Both the position numbers and the translations under genes were made by a program. The notes beneath the pieces were generated by a model. It saw only the letters and a program-made list of their open reading frames with translations, was not told where the DNA came from and searched no databases. Positions 29,528-39,595 of a stretch of DNA of 64,000 nt are shown here, piece by piece. The stretch is from Bdellovibrionales bacterium (GTDB lineage Bacteria > Bdellovibrionota > Bdellovibrionia > Bdellovibrionales > JAMPXM01). Location of the stretch: positions 1 to 64,000 of the forward strand of contig JAYUEN010000155.1 of the NCBI GenBank assembly GCA_043739185.1, in the 5' to 3' direction. Numbering within the stretch: the stretch's first letter is position 1; the number at the start of each line of letters is the position of its first letter.

Positions 29528-31357
29528 ATGATGTCTGAAACAAAAACAAAAACGAAGTCTGGTAAGGTGAATCTGACGAGGGCGCAGCTCGAGCAAGAAA
29601 AAATTCTTGCAATGCTTGAGCAGGCCGATAAAGAAGTTCTTAAAAAAGATGCCGGCGCGATGAGCGCTGCTGCCACGAAAGAAAAATTCGATGATCTTTT
29701 TAAGGCCTCAATTCTAGAAAAAGATTTTACAGTTGGCGATGTTGTCCAAGGGACGGTCGTTGAAGTTCAAACCGACTATGTTTTAGTAGACATCAATTAT
29801 AAGTCTGAGGGTTTGATTCCAGTAAATGAATTTCGAGTAGTCGATGGCGTACGACAAGTGAAGCCAGGCGAGCAAATCGAAGTTTATATCGACCGCATTG
29901 AAAATGAAAACGGCATGGTTGTCTTATCAAAAGACAAAGCCGATATGCTCAGAGCTTGGAACGATATTTCTAGAGCGGCTGAAAATGAAGAGCTCATCGA
30001 GGGAACTGTAATCGCCAAAGTTAAGGGCGGACTCAGTGTTGATATCGGTGTGAAGGCCTTCTTGCCTGGTAGCCAAATTGATTTGCGACCGGTTCGCAAT
30101 ATGGATATCTACATTGGCAAAAAATATAAATTCAAAGTTATTAAGTTCAATAAAAAACGTGGCAATATCGTTCTTTCAAGACGTGCACTTCTCGCTGAAG
30201 AGCGTGAAAATCTCAGAACTCAAACTCTAGATGCAATGAAAGAGGGATCGCGCGTAATGGGTATTGTTAAAAACATTACCGACTACGGTGCCTTTATTGA
30301 CCTCGGCGGCATGGATGGTCTTCTTCATATTACAGATATGAGCTGGGGACGTGTAAAACATCCTAGCGAAATCATCAATATGGGCGACGAAATTGAAGTC
30401 ATGGTACTTAAATATGACAATGAGCGCGAGCGCGTAAGTCTTGGATTAAAACAACTTCAAAAAGATCCTTGGGAAGCAGCTAAAGAAGCTTATCCTCCGG
30501 GAACCAAACTCAAAGGCAAAGTGGTTTCACTAGCTGAGTATGGTGCATTTGTTGAAATCAACGAAGGCATTGAGGGTCTTATTCACGTGAGTGAAATGAG
30601 CTGGACAAAGAGAGTGAAACATCCTTCACAAATCATAAATGTTGGTGATGAAGTTGAAGTTGTTGTACTTGAAGTGGACACGACAAATCGCAGAATTTCT
30701 TTGGGCATGAAACAGCTTCAAGCAAATCCATGGGTTGAGCTTAAAGCTAGTTATTCACCAGGAACCATCATTGAAGGTGAAGTAAAATCAATCACTGACT
30801 TTGGTATCTTTATTGGTATCGAAGAAGGCATTGACGGCTTGATTCACGTTTCTGACTTTTCATGGACAAAACGCATCAATCATCCCTCCGAAATGTTTAC
30901 CAAGGGCCAAAATATCCGCGCAGTTGTTCTTGGCGTTGATATTGAAAATGAGAGATTCTCGCTTGGAATTAAACAACTTGAGAGTGATCCTTGGGCAAAT
31001 ATTGACTCTAAATACAAAGTTGGAACTCAGCACATGGTTAAAGTTGTTAAAACTGCTGACTTCGGAGTATTTGTTGAGCTTGAAAGTGATATCGAAGGTC
31101 TTATTCATATCAGTGAAATCACAACTGAGCGTATTGCAAAGCCAGAAGACGCCGTTAAAGTTGGCGATGAATTGAAAGCTGAAGTGATCACAATCGATAA
31201 AGAAGCTCGTAAAATCGGGCTCAGCGCTAAATTAGTGAAGCTAAGAGAAACCAAAGCTGATGTTGAAGATTATGTGAAAAAAGCAACTTCAACTTCGAAA
31301 ACAAGTTTTGGGGATCTATTTGGCGACGCCCTCAAAGGCATCAAACAAGACGAGTAG
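29528..31357 (+). CDS. rpsA: 30S ribosomal protein S1
   Basis: Six S1 repeats (GAFIDLGGMDGLLHITDMSW and similar). Confidence 0.97.
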   Translation: MMSETKTKTKSGKVNLTRAQLEQEKILAMLEQADKEVLKKDAGAMSAAATKEKFDDLFKASILEKDFTVGDVVQGTVVEVQTDYVLVDINYKSEGLIPVNEFRVVDGVRQVKPGEQIEVYIDRIENENGMVVLSKDKADMLRAWNDISRAAENEELIEGTVIAKVKGGLSVDIGVKAFLPGSQIDLRPVRNMDIYIGKKYKFKVIKFNKKRGNIVLSRRALLAEERENLRTQTLDAMKEGSRVMGIVKNITDYGAFIDLGGMDGLLHITDMSWGRVKHPSEIINMGDEIEVMVLKYDNERERVSLGLKQLQKDPWEAAKEAYPPGTKLKGKVVSLAEYGAFVEINEGIEGLIHVSEMSWTKRVKHPSQIINVGDEVEVVVLEVDTTNRRISLGMKQLQANPWVELKASYSPGTIIEGEVKSITDFGIFIGIEEGIDGLIHVSDFSWTKRINHPSEMFTKGQNIRAVVLGVDIENERFSLGIKQLESDPWANIDSKYKVGTQHMVKVVKTADFGVFVELESDIEGLIHISEITTERIAKPEDAVKVGDELKAEVITIDKEARKIGLSAKLVKLRETKADVEDYVKKATSTSKTSFGDLFGDALKGIKQDE

Positions 31358-31364
31358 TTTTTGT

Positions 31365-31386
31365 GCTGTCTCACTCGTGAGACAGC
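31365..31386. repeat. Perfect 10-bp inverted repeat after rpsA
   Basis: gctgtctcac-tc-gtgagacagc; no U-tract follows. Confidence 0.7.
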
Positions 31387-31394
31387 CAACAATG

Positions 31395-31513
31395 GGCATT
31401 GCGACTTTGAGCTAACTCTTCGTTGCGGCGCTCTCGATCTTCCTGCGCTGTAGATTACTACAGCTCGGTCGTCTCGATTGCCGCGCCTCGATTTATCTCA
31501 AATTCACAACGCC
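31395..31513. repeat. ERIC/IRU-like nested fold-back element (putative MITE or structured RNA)
   Basis: Outer arms ggcattgcgactttgagctaa / ttatctcaaattcacaacgcc; inner gcggc/gccgc and tcga/tcga; central gctgtag-atta-ctacagc. Confidence 0.6.
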
Positions 31514-31540
31514 GATCTGATACGAAGTAGGGAAATTGAG

Positions 31541-32125
31541 ATGGGTAAAACTTCAAAGAAAAGCAAAACTCCAACTCGAAAAAAAAGCACAGCTCAATCA
31601 AAAAAAAGCTCAAATACTAAAGTGGATTGGCCTAGAAAATCGGATGTTTTGTTTAGGCCCGATCGCTATCAATATGTAAAGTCTGATAAAAGTAATCACA
31701 AAAAAGAATGTGTTTTTTGTATGACGGCAACTGGGCCGGTTGAAGCTCAAAGTCTGTGCTTATATAAGAATGCTCTCGCTCAAGTGGTAATGAATAAGTA
31801 TCCATACAATGCGGGGCATCTTTTGATTCTTCCAATAAGACATGAAGGTGATTTTTTGGCTTTGAGAGATGATGAATTGAGTGAAATCTATAAATTAACT
31901 CGAAAATGTATTGCCGCTCTTAAAGAAGAATATCAACCGCAAGCTTTTAATTTGGGATCAAACTTAGGTTCAAATGCAGGAGCAGGTATCCCGGATCATC
32001 TGCATTTTCATATCGTACCTCGCTGGAATGGGGATACCAATTTTTTTCCGCTCATTGCCGAGACTAAGGTAATTGTTGAGGATCTAGAAAAGACTTATTC
32101 ACGTTTACAAAAATATTTTTCTTGA
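31541..32125 (+). CDS. HIT-family nucleotide hydrolase
   Basis: CVFC, NKYPYNAGHL, histidine triad HLHFH; ATG 31541 is preferred to TTG 31478, which lies inside the fold-back element. Confidence 0.9.
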   Translation: MGKTSKKSKTPTRKKSTAQSKKSSNTKVDWPRKSDVLFRPDRYQYVKSDKSNHKKECVFCMTATGPVEAQSLCLYKNALAQVVMNKYPYNAGHLLILPIRHEGDFLALRDDELSEIYKLTRKCIAALKEEYQPQAFNLGSNLGSNAGAGIPDHLHFHIVPRWNGDTNFFPLIAETKVIVEDLEKTYSRLQKYFS

Positions 32126-32155
32126 GTCCCCGTTTGTTCAGAGTGAGGTTTTAGA

Positions 32156-32572
32156 ATGAAATTTGAATACGAGCTCGATCACATCGGTATTGCGGTTGAA
32201 AGTCTTGCTTCAGCAATGAAGTTTTACCAGGCCCTTGGTTTTGAAAGCTTGGGCGTAGAAGAAGTAGCCAGCGAGAAAGTTCGAACGCAATTTCTCAAGC
32301 TAGAAAATCAGGCGAATCTCGAATTATTAGAGCCCACTTCAGATGATAGCGTCATTAAAAAATTTCTTGAGAAGAGAGGCCCGGGCATTCATCATATATG
32401 TTTGAGGGTTTCTAATATTGATGAAGTGGTATCTAATATGAAATCAAAAGGAATTCGACTCATCAATGAAGTTCCTAAAATGGGAGCTCATAATTGCCGA
32501 ATCGTTTTTATTCATCCGGCTTCAACTGGGGGAGTTTTGATTGAACTTAGTGAACCTCAAAAAAAGAAATAA
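32156..32572 (+). CDS. mce: Methylmalonyl-CoA epimerase (VOC fold)
   Basis: DHIGIAV, ELLEP, GPGIHHIC, FIHPASTGGVLIEL. Confidence 0.9.
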   Translation: MKFEYELDHIGIAVESLASAMKFYQALGFESLGVEEVASEKVRTQFLKLENQANLELLEPTSDDSVIKKFLEKRGPGIHHICLRVSNIDEVVSNMKSKGIRLINEVPKMGAHNCRIVFIHPASTGGVLIELSEPQKKK

Positions 32573-32584
32573 GAGGTAAGTAGC

Positions 32585-33349
32585 TTGGGCAATCGGGGTG
32601 GTTCAAGTCCAATGCAGGGAATGATTCCTTTCACTCCTGTGGTGAAAATTTTAGTCATTTCATGTGCTGCGATTTGGCTGATTGGCCAGCTGATTATTGA
32701 TCGCTTCATTTTGAATGGTCAGTTCTTTGCGACTTATTTTGCCCTGGTTCCAAATTTAGTTTTACAAAAATTCTTCATTTGGCAGTTGGTTACTTATGCT
32801 TTCTTACATAGTACCAGTCCATTTCACATTATTCTGAATCTGCTAGCGCTTTGGTGGCTGGGTGCTGAACTCGAGCAGCGCTGGGGCTCGCGATTTTTTT
32901 TAACCTACTATTTGGTCTGTGCTATTGGGGCGGCATTTATTTATGTCACGATCGTACTCGTCTATGCGCTTTCGGGAGGCTCGGTTACGGTATTATTGAC
33001 CCCGGTAATGGGGGCCTCTGGTGCTATTTTCGGCCTCCTCTTAGCTTATGGAATGCTTTTCGGAGAGCGCATTGTCTATTTTATGATGATGTTTCCGATG
33101 AAAGCGAAGCATTTTGTGATGATCTTGGGTGGGATTGAGGTCGTTAATCTTCTCAATACTGGAGTGGCTGGGAATGAAGTCGCAAGTTTGGCGCATTTGG
33201 GTGGGGTCGTTTCGGGTTATTTGTTTTTAGTTCTCAATAAGAAGCTTCAACAGAAAAAAGCGAAGCAAAAAACTTCGTCAAAAACCAGCAAGCTCAAGCT
33301 TGTTATCAATAACGAAAAGAAAAAAGAAGGCCCCAAATACTGGAACTAG
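32585..33349 (+). CDS. Rhomboid intramembrane serine protease
   Basis: WQLVTYAFLH, HIILN, GASG, AHLGG. Confidence 0.92.
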   Translation: MGNRGGSSPMQGMIPFTPVVKILVISCAAIWLIGQLIIDRFILNGQFFATYFALVPNLVLQKFFIWQLVTYAFLHSTSPFHIILNLLALWWLGAELEQRWGSRFFLTYYLVCAIGAAFIYVTIVLVYALSGGSVTVLLTPVMGASGAIFGLLLAYGMLFGERIVYFMMMFPMKAKHFVMILGGIEVVNLLNTGVAGNEVASLAHLGGVVSGYLFLVLNKKLQQKKAKQKTSSKTSKLKLVINNEKKKEGPKYWN

Positions 33350-33444
33350 AGCCTGAATGAGGGCCCGCCGCACAAGACGATTTATGAAGACTTTTTCGGC
33401 AATAAGAAATATAGTCGCATCTTCAAATTGAATAGGGAGCCAAA

Positions 33445-33642
33445 ATGAGCCTCAAAAAAGAAATCGAGAATTTAAAGTTTGATAAGCGAATGATCGATTG
33501 GAATATTTCTCGCAACTTATTGACCCAAGACGAACTCAAAAAATATCTTGGTGAATTGCCAGATTCTAGTCATAACCTTGCTAGTCTTGAACTAAACGAA
33601 GATGTTTCCGAGCAGGATATGTTTTCGTCTAGCGAATCTTAA
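33445..33642 (+). CDS. Small hypothetical protein
   Basis: SD GGGAG; 65 aa; FDKRMIDWN...LPD; acidic tail. Confidence 0.6.
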   Translation: MSLKKEIENLKFDKRMIDWNISRNLLTQDELKKYLGELPDSSHNLASLELNEDVSEQDMFSSSES

Positions 33643-33693
33643 CTTTTCTCTTAATTTTTCTCTTAATTTTTTAAGCATTTGTAAAAGCTGCGT

Positions 33694-34701
33694 TTAGCGG
33701 CTTGCTTGTGATGGTACAATAACTTCAGATTTGGCCAGCTCATCATTTTCAATTTGCCATTCTTCACCAAGAATTTTATACGAATCGCCTCGCTTGACGA
33801 GGTAAATGAGCTTTTCTCCAAAATCTTCATGTTGGTCAGAACGATAAGATTGTAAAAAACGTGCGATTGCGTAGTTTTTGTATGCAAATATCATGGGCCT
33901 TGAAAGGCTCACCTTGATCTCTTTATAGGTTTGATTGAGTCCGGTTTTAAAACTCTTCCATTTTTTGACATTCATTCCCTGGGATGAAAAATCATTGTCG
34001 TAAAAGGCGATATATTCATCGATGTTTTTATTTTGCCAGGCACTTCGCCATTCGTCGATCATTTTGGTCGCAGAGGCTGAGAGCTTTTTCATATCTTCTG
34101 GGCTAGATAATTCAAGCTCGTCTTGAATGATCAGAGGTGTTCTTGAGAGCTTCACATATTGCGTAACTTCTTTGATTACTTCATTGCGAACGACCACGCA
34201 GCCGCGTGAACCACGGGTCAGAGGTACAGAGTCGGGAACCGCATGAAACCAAATTCCAGAGCCACCCTTGCCCTCGAGGCGATCAAAAAAATTGGGATAA
34301 TTAGTGGTGAATGCACGATCACCATAAAGCTTATGATCGAGGCCATTTCCTTCAAGCTTCTTTTCTAAAAAATAAATACCGCTAGGAGTTTTCTTATCTC
34401 CATTGGTGCGCTTTTCGCCGTCGTTTTTTCCGAGATCAGCAGGATAATTGGCTACTTTTTTAAGGCTATCACTCTGCATCTCCCAGACACTTAATTCTCT
34501 GGCTTTTTTATCTACCAAAAAAACGTAAGGTGAATAATATTGGCTGGTGAAAAAATGCACAAGTGCCGAAGGAATTTTTGAGGTGGCCTCGACCCTCTCT
34601 GACTTTTCGGCCTTCTCAGATTGAGATGGTTCTTCGGCTTGGGAGAACTGGACCCCAAATAGGCAGATAGAAGAAAGAATGAGACATAATAGTTTAGGCA
34701 T
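33694..34701 (-). CDS. L,D-transpeptidase/carboxypeptidase (YkuD) with C-terminal NTF2-like domain (Csd6/Bd1075-like)
   Basis: Signal peptide; GDKKTPSGIY; YPN; GSGIWFH...SRGC; WRSAWQNKNIDEYIAFY NTF2-like domain. Confidence 0.85.
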   Translation of the reverse strand: MPKLLCLILSSICLFGVQFSQAEEPSQSEKAEKSERVEATSKIPSALVHFFTSQYYSPYVFLVDKKARELSVWEMQSDSLKKVANYPADLGKNDGEKRTNGDKKTPSGIYFLEKKLEGNGLDHKLYGDRAFTTNYPNFFDRLEGKGGSGIWFHAVPDSVPLTRGSRGCVVVRNEVIKEVTQYVKLSRTPLIIQDELELSSPEDMKKLSASATKMIDEWRSAWQNKNIDEYIAFYDNDFSSQGMNVKKWKSFKTGLNQTYKEIKVSLSRPMIFAYKNYAIARFLQSYRSDQHEDFGEKLIYLVKRGDSYKILGEEWQIENDELAKSEVIVPSQASR

Positions 34702-34822
34702 ATCTCTTAATGATTTTCTCTAAACCGAGCTTTGTCAAGTTGGCTGGACTGCATTGAAAATAGACAAAATAATATGATTTTAAGAAATTAATAAGCGCGC
34801 TGGTTTCTTCTTCAATTTGGCT

Positions 34823-34880
34823 CAAAGTCGAGCTTTTGAGCGTCGATTATTATTAAAGAGCCTTCACTTAAGTCCGATAA
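34823..34880 (+). promoter_or_regulatory. Two tandem sigma28 (FliA) promoters upstream of fliL
   Basis: TAAA-N15-TCCGATAA (34854-34880) and CAAA-N15-GTCGATTA (34823-34849) versus consensus TAAA-N15-GCCGATAA. Confidence 0.7.
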
Positions 34881-34962
34881 GACCTTAGTGCCTGTGCAAA
34901 ATTGTAACACTTATTTTTGCGTGGGCCCTTAGTAGGATATGACTCTTTTAAGGTGAGGTTTT

Positions 34963-35487
34963 ATGGCCGAAGAGAAAAAGGCAGACGAAGCTCCAGCCCC
35001 TAAAAAGAAACTCAATTTAGCAAAGTTTGCAGATCTAGGATTTGCGATCATCAATTTATGTGTATTGGGTGGCGGTGCATTTCTGACTTATAAAAATACA
35101 ATAGGCTATAAGCCGCCTTCGGTTCGCGAGCCAGCCACACTTGAGGCGCTCAAGAAAGAAAAAGCAGAGATCGAAGCCCAAGTGACGGGACCAATTTTAT
35201 ATCGGATGGAAGTCTTCAATGTGAATCTTGCAGGTACGCCGCCGAAGGTGGTTCGCATGGAGCTTTCTCTTGAAATGCTTGATCAAGACGGCTTTGAAGA
35301 TATCGTAAAAAACGTCTCGCACGAACGTGATATGATCGTGGCGCTCTTGAATAAGAAAGAGTTTTCAGAACTTGAAAGCCTTCAAGGCAAACTCTTTTTG
35401 AAAAATGAAATAGCGAGTGAAATAAATAAATCACTTAAAACCGGACTGGTTAAAGACGTCTTCTTTGACAAATTTATAGTTCAGTAA
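34963..35487 (+). CDS. fliL: Flagellar basal body-associated protein FliL
   Basis: N-terminal TM, FNVNL, RD.IV.LL, GK.FLK.EI...IN, VFFDKFIVQ. Confidence 0.88.
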   Translation: MAEEKKADEAPAPKKKLNLAKFADLGFAIINLCVLGGGAFLTYKNTIGYKPPSVREPATLEALKKEKAEIEAQVTGPILYRMEVFNVNLAGTPPKVVRMELSLEMLDQDGFEDIVKNVSHERDMIVALLNKKEFSELESLQGKLFLKNEIASEINKSLKTGLVKDVFFDKFIVQ

Positions 35488-35567
35488 TTGACATCCCCTC
35501 GCCATCACAGAGACAATTGTTGGGTCCGATGTTTGAATTGGACCATCTCACTTAGAGGAGAACATCT

Positions 35568-36953
35568 GTGGTGTGCAGCTTGCAATTATCCAAATTTGTT
35601 TTGTCGATAGGGCTCATCACATTTTCATCAATAGGATTTGCCGCAGGTGCGGATTTTAAAGATCAAATTAGCTTCAAAGTTGAAAAGTATAAGCTTGCAA
35701 ATGGCCTCAGTGTTTTACTTTATGAAGATCATAGCACACCGATTATTAGCTATCACACCTGGTTTCGAGTGGGCTCTAAAAATGAAAAACTCGGCACCAC
35801 CGGAATCGCGCATCTCTTTGAGCATATGATGTTTAAGGGAGCCAAAAGATACAGTGGCGATCAATTTGAAAATATTTTGCAAATGAATGGTGCCAGCAAC
35901 AATGCCTTTACCACTCACGATTATACCGGCTACTACGAAAATCTACCGAGCTCAAAATTAGAGTTGGTGATGGATGTTGAAAGCGATCGCATGGAGAATT
36001 TGCAAATCTCAGACGATAATTTGAAGTCTGAGCGAGAGGTGGTTAAAGAAGAGCGCCGAATGCGAGTCGAAAACTCGCCAGTTGGAGTATTGCAAGAAAC
36101 GCTTTTTGGTGCGGCCTTTAAATCGAGCTCTTACCATTGGCCGGTTATAGGCTATATGCCTGATCTAGATAATATTGATTTGAAGGGCGCGCAAAACTTC
36201 AATCATACCTACTATGCTCCGAACAATGCAGTCATCGTTATTGCCGGCGACTTCAATCCCTTGCTAGCAAAAAAATTAGTCGATAAATACTATGGTAAAT
36301 TAAAGGCACAAGAAATTCCGATCTTCGTTCCCATTGTCGAGGCAGAGCAAAAAATCGCACGAGTTGAAGTGGTTGAAAAAGCCATTCAAAATGTAACGGT
36401 TGCGGTCGGATATGCGGTCCCGAAAGCGGGTAGTTCAGAGTCTTATGCGCTTGATCTTTTAGCCAATATTATGGGACACGGCACGTCTTCGCGACTTTAT
36501 AAGCGCTTGGTATACAAAGATCAAATTGCGACCTCTGTAAATGTCGATAATTACACCTTACAACAAGGCGGTATATTTGAGACTTATGTAAGTTTGAAGC
36601 CTAATCTCGATTCGCGTAAAGCAAGCCGGGTGGTGATATCAGAAATGTGGCGCCCGAGAAATTTGGTGGTGACTCCACGTGAACTTGAGGTTGCTAAGAA
36701 ACAGGTGATGAAATCTTATGTGGATGGCTTGAAGACCATTTTTGGAAAGGCAGAGGCACTGGCAATGAACGAAGTTTTGTTTGGTGATTTTTCTCAGCTC
36801 TTTTCTGACCTTCAAAAATATCAAGCCGTCACGGCACTTGATATTAAACTTGCTGCCGCCAAATACTTAACTCCGCAACGAAGCATTGTGGCTGTCGTAA
36901 AACCTATCAAGACAAGTAAGCAGAGTGCGGCGTCTAAGAAGAAAGGAACTTAA
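35568..36953 (+). CDS. M16B zinc peptidase, catalytic subunit
   Basis: GIAHLFEHMMFKG (HxxEH), NAFT, EREVVKEE. Confidence 0.92.
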   Translation: MVCSLQLSKFVLSIGLITFSSIGFAAGADFKDQISFKVEKYKLANGLSVLLYEDHSTPIISYHTWFRVGSKNEKLGTTGIAHLFEHMMFKGAKRYSGDQFENILQMNGASNNAFTTHDYTGYYENLPSSKLELVMDVESDRMENLQISDDNLKSEREVVKEERRMRVENSPVGVLQETLFGAAFKSSSYHWPVIGYMPDLDNIDLKGAQNFNHTYYAPNNAVIVIAGDFNPLLAKKLVDKYYGKLKAQEIPIFVPIVEAEQKIARVEVVEKAIQNVTVAVGYAVPKAGSSESYALDLLANIMGHGTSSRLYKRLVYKDQIATSVNVDNYTLQQGGIFETYVSLKPNLDSRKASRVVISEMWRPRNLVVTPRELEVAKKQVMKSYVDGLKTIFGKAEALAMNEVLFGDFSQLFSDLQKYQAVTALDIKLAAAKYLTPQRSIVAVVKPIKTSKQSAASKKKGT

Positions 36954-36954
36954 A

Positions 36955-38424
36955 ATGAATAACTTTTTGTTTTTTGTTCGTTGGTCCGTGATTTCATTGA
37001 TAACTTCCCAATTGGCAGCTTGCACTGCGAATTCAACAAAGAATGATAATAAATTAGCAGTCCCTCCGCAAGCCAGCGCCGATCGAATGAAGCCAACTAT
37101 TCGTAAATTGAATTCAAACGCTCGACTCAGAGCCTATGAGGAGCGCGAACTTCCGAATGGTTTAAAGCTTGTTTTGATCAATGATGTCAGCCTGCCTTAC
37201 GTGAGTTTTTCGCTCACCTTGAAAACCGGCTCAAACGTCGACCCGAAAGAGTTTCCTGGTTTGAGTCATTTTGTAGCCGAATTGCTTGAAACCGGAACGG
37301 CCAAAAAGAATGCCACCCAAATTGCCTCTGAGCTTTCAATGCTTGCTTCTGATTTTGAAACCAGCGTTTCAAATGACTTTAGTTTTTTATCATCGAGCTG
37401 TTTGTCTGAAGATGCCGAACCCCTTCTTGAAATTTTTCATGACATCATCACTCAAGCATCTTTTGCAAACCAAGAAATTGAGCGCCAGCGCAAGGACCTC
37501 ATTGCCAATGCGATAAAGGCTGAGGACAATCCTGAATCTTTTACCGAAAAAGCCTGGGCCGAATATCTCTATGGAGATCATCCTTACAGTCATACTGCCA
37601 TGGGGAAAATTTCAAGCTTACAGAAGATTTCTAAAAAACAAATCATTCAACATTATTTGAAATTTTATCGACCCAATAATGCCAGTTTGATTATAGTCGG
37701 AAAATACACTCCTGAATTGATTCAAAAGGCGGAAGCTTTGTTTGGCGCTTGGCAGGCGCGTGATTTGAGCCCGATTGTTTACCCCGCAACCGATAAAATC
37801 GAAGGCTTAAAGACATTGATCGTCGACAAAAAGGGCTTGGTTCAAGCGCAAATCCGCATCGGAAATTTTGGAATTAAGCGATCGAATGAGGATTTTTTAA
37901 ATTTAAGAATTGCTAATACCATTTTAGGTGGCGCTTTTTCGAGCCGCTTAGTTGACCGGGTCAGAAAAGAATTGGGTTTGACCTATTCAATTAGCTCTGG
38001 CTTTGACGCCAAAGCCGATCGTGGTCCATTTGAAATTTCGACCTTTACAAAAGTTACAAGTGTCGGAAAAACCATTGAAGAGACTTTGGCAGTGCTTAAA
38101 AAGTTTCACAATCAAGGGGTCACGCCAGAAGAAGTTGAAATGGCAAAAGGTTATTTGAAGGGAATTTTTCCTACGGCAATTGAAACCGCCGAAAAATTCG
38201 CTCATAATTTGATTCTTCTCAAGCTTTATGGAATTGAAGACACTTATTTATCTCAATACATTTCAAATGTAGAGCGAACCACAACCAATGATATCAACTT
38301 GGTTATACGTAAATATTTTGACGAGAAGAATCTCAAAATTTTAGTTTATGGCCCAGCGGATGAAATCAAAGATCAACTTAAGGAATTCAATCCGGAAATA
38401 AAGCCCGCAAGCGAATTCAAATGA
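36955..38424 (+). CDS. M16B peptidase, non-catalytic partner subunit (lipoprotein-like)
   Basis: M16 fold without HxxEH; SRL...VR.ELGLTY R/Y pair; LAAC lipobox-like motif. Confidence 0.88.
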   Translation: MNNFLFFVRWSVISLITSQLAACTANSTKNDNKLAVPPQASADRMKPTIRKLNSNARLRAYEERELPNGLKLVLINDVSLPYVSFSLTLKTGSNVDPKEFPGLSHFVAELLETGTAKKNATQIASELSMLASDFETSVSNDFSFLSSSCLSEDAEPLLEIFHDIITQASFANQEIERQRKDLIANAIKAEDNPESFTEKAWAEYLYGDHPYSHTAMGKISSLQKISKKQIIQHYLKFYRPNNASLIIVGKYTPELIQKAEALFGAWQARDLSPIVYPATDKIEGLKTLIVDKKGLVQAQIRIGNFGIKRSNEDFLNLRIANTILGGAFSSRLVDRVRKELGLTYSISSGFDAKADRGPFEISTFTKVTSVGKTIEETLAVLKKFHNQGVTPEEVEMAKGYLKGIFPTAIETAEKFAHNLILLKLYGIEDTYLSQYISNVERTTTNDINLVIRKYFDEKNLKILVYGPADEIKDQLKEFNPEIKPASEFK

Positions 38425-38445
38425 CAGAAAGCTTTAGACGGGCCC

Positions 38446-38727
38446 TTAGTGATTTATTTCGAACTGTTTTTTAGGGCTAGAAGTTGCCGGCGAATCTTGG
38501 CTATCAAATTCGCGGTTGCTCGAGAGCTGATCGATTTTGCCTTCAATGTCTTCGAGACGATTTGAAATTTTAGAAAATTGCTTGGCAAGGGTGCCAGTTT
38601 TCATAAACCAAGAAAAAATCTCTCGAATAGCCAATACCAAAATAAACGAAATTACAAAGGCCGCTCCAAAAATTTTGGCGGTATTGAGTCCTAATTGGTC
38701 GAGAAATAAATAAAGTTCATTGAGCAT
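38446..38727 (-). CDS. Small single-TM hypothetical protein
   Basis: 93 aa; TM followed by REIFSWF and a short coiled coil. Confidence 0.55.
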   Translation of the reverse strand: MLNELYLFLDQLGLNTAKIFGAAFVISFILVLAIREIFSWFMKTGTLAKQFSKISNRLEDIEGKIDQLSSNREFDSQDSPATSSPKKQFEINH

Positions 38728-38848
38728 CTGGTACCAGTTTTATCGAAGATTTATGGTCTTTTCAATATCAATCACAATATTCAAATGCGCAAAGCAAGTG
38801 GGCTCCGCAAGTGTTCGATATTAGACATCTTTCAAATCTAGGCGTGAA

Positions 38849-39595
38849 TTATTTTTTCTTGGGCGGGCGTTTAACCGGTCTTTTTGCATAAATATAAAGG
38901 CCGATGGCCGCCAAAACAAAACCCAAAGCCATCAAAGACTGCTTTAAATGGGTTCCGGAGCCAGAGCCTTCTTCAGGCGGGGCTTCATCATTGATTCCTA
39001 TATTCGGATCAGTCGAAATATTAATGGGTGCTCCAAAGTTTCCTCCGCCGGTGCCAGTGGCAGTCGCGGCATTTAAACTCTGCGAAGTCACAAGAACTTT
39101 CAAACTCAAGACGGCTTTGAAAAAATCATCAGCGTATTTGCTGTAGTATTTCTTATGAGCTGAGAAGGTAACCAAGATACCGATTCGATCTTTAAGTGTG
39201 GCCATATAGCGAGTATAATAATTTGGAATTTCACTTCCCAGTTGAAGCCCGTCTACCCAGGGTTGGCCAGAAATATTGGTAATCTTAGGAGGGCTCACAA
39301 CCTGACTCATTGTCGGAACACCTGTTAGCGATGGCACTTGTTTGGGAGCTTTCAAATGCGCCTCATAGGCCGCTAAATTGTCGGCTGGCCCGGCCTCTTT
39401 AGCGGTTAGGATAATAACGGCTTCTTTGCTCTCTTGCCCGGGAGTTTGCGCTCTACATACATACTCGGTTTGTTCGAGCACGCATCCCCAGCGATTCGGA
39501 AGTTCAAAGCTGACGTAGGAGTTGCGAAAGGTCACTCCATGTGCAGAGAGGCTAGAAAAGAATAGAAACAGGCTGATTGTACAAGATGTTTTCAT
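38849..39595 (-). CDS. Exported protein with a C-terminal membrane anchor
   Basis: Signal peptide from ATG 39595 (MKTSC...SAHG); Cys pair; C-terminal TM with basic tail. Confidence 0.7.
   Translation of the reverse strand: MKTSCTISLFLFFSSLSAHGVTFRNSYVSFELPNRWGCVLEQTEYVCRAQTPGQESKEAVIILTAKEAGPADNLAAYEAHLKAPKQVPSLTGVPTMSQVVSPPKITNISGQPWVDGLQLGSEIPNYYTRYMATLKDRIGILVTFSAHKKYYSKYADDFFKAVLSLKVLVTSQSLNAATATGTGGGNFGAPINISTDPNIGINDEAPPEEGSGSGTHLKQSLMALGFVLAAIGLYIYAKRPVKRPPKKK

Noticed and set aside
31365..31386. Intrinsic terminator for rpsA
   Set aside because: The stem has only a 2-nt loop and no downstream U-tract; it is kept as a palindrome only.
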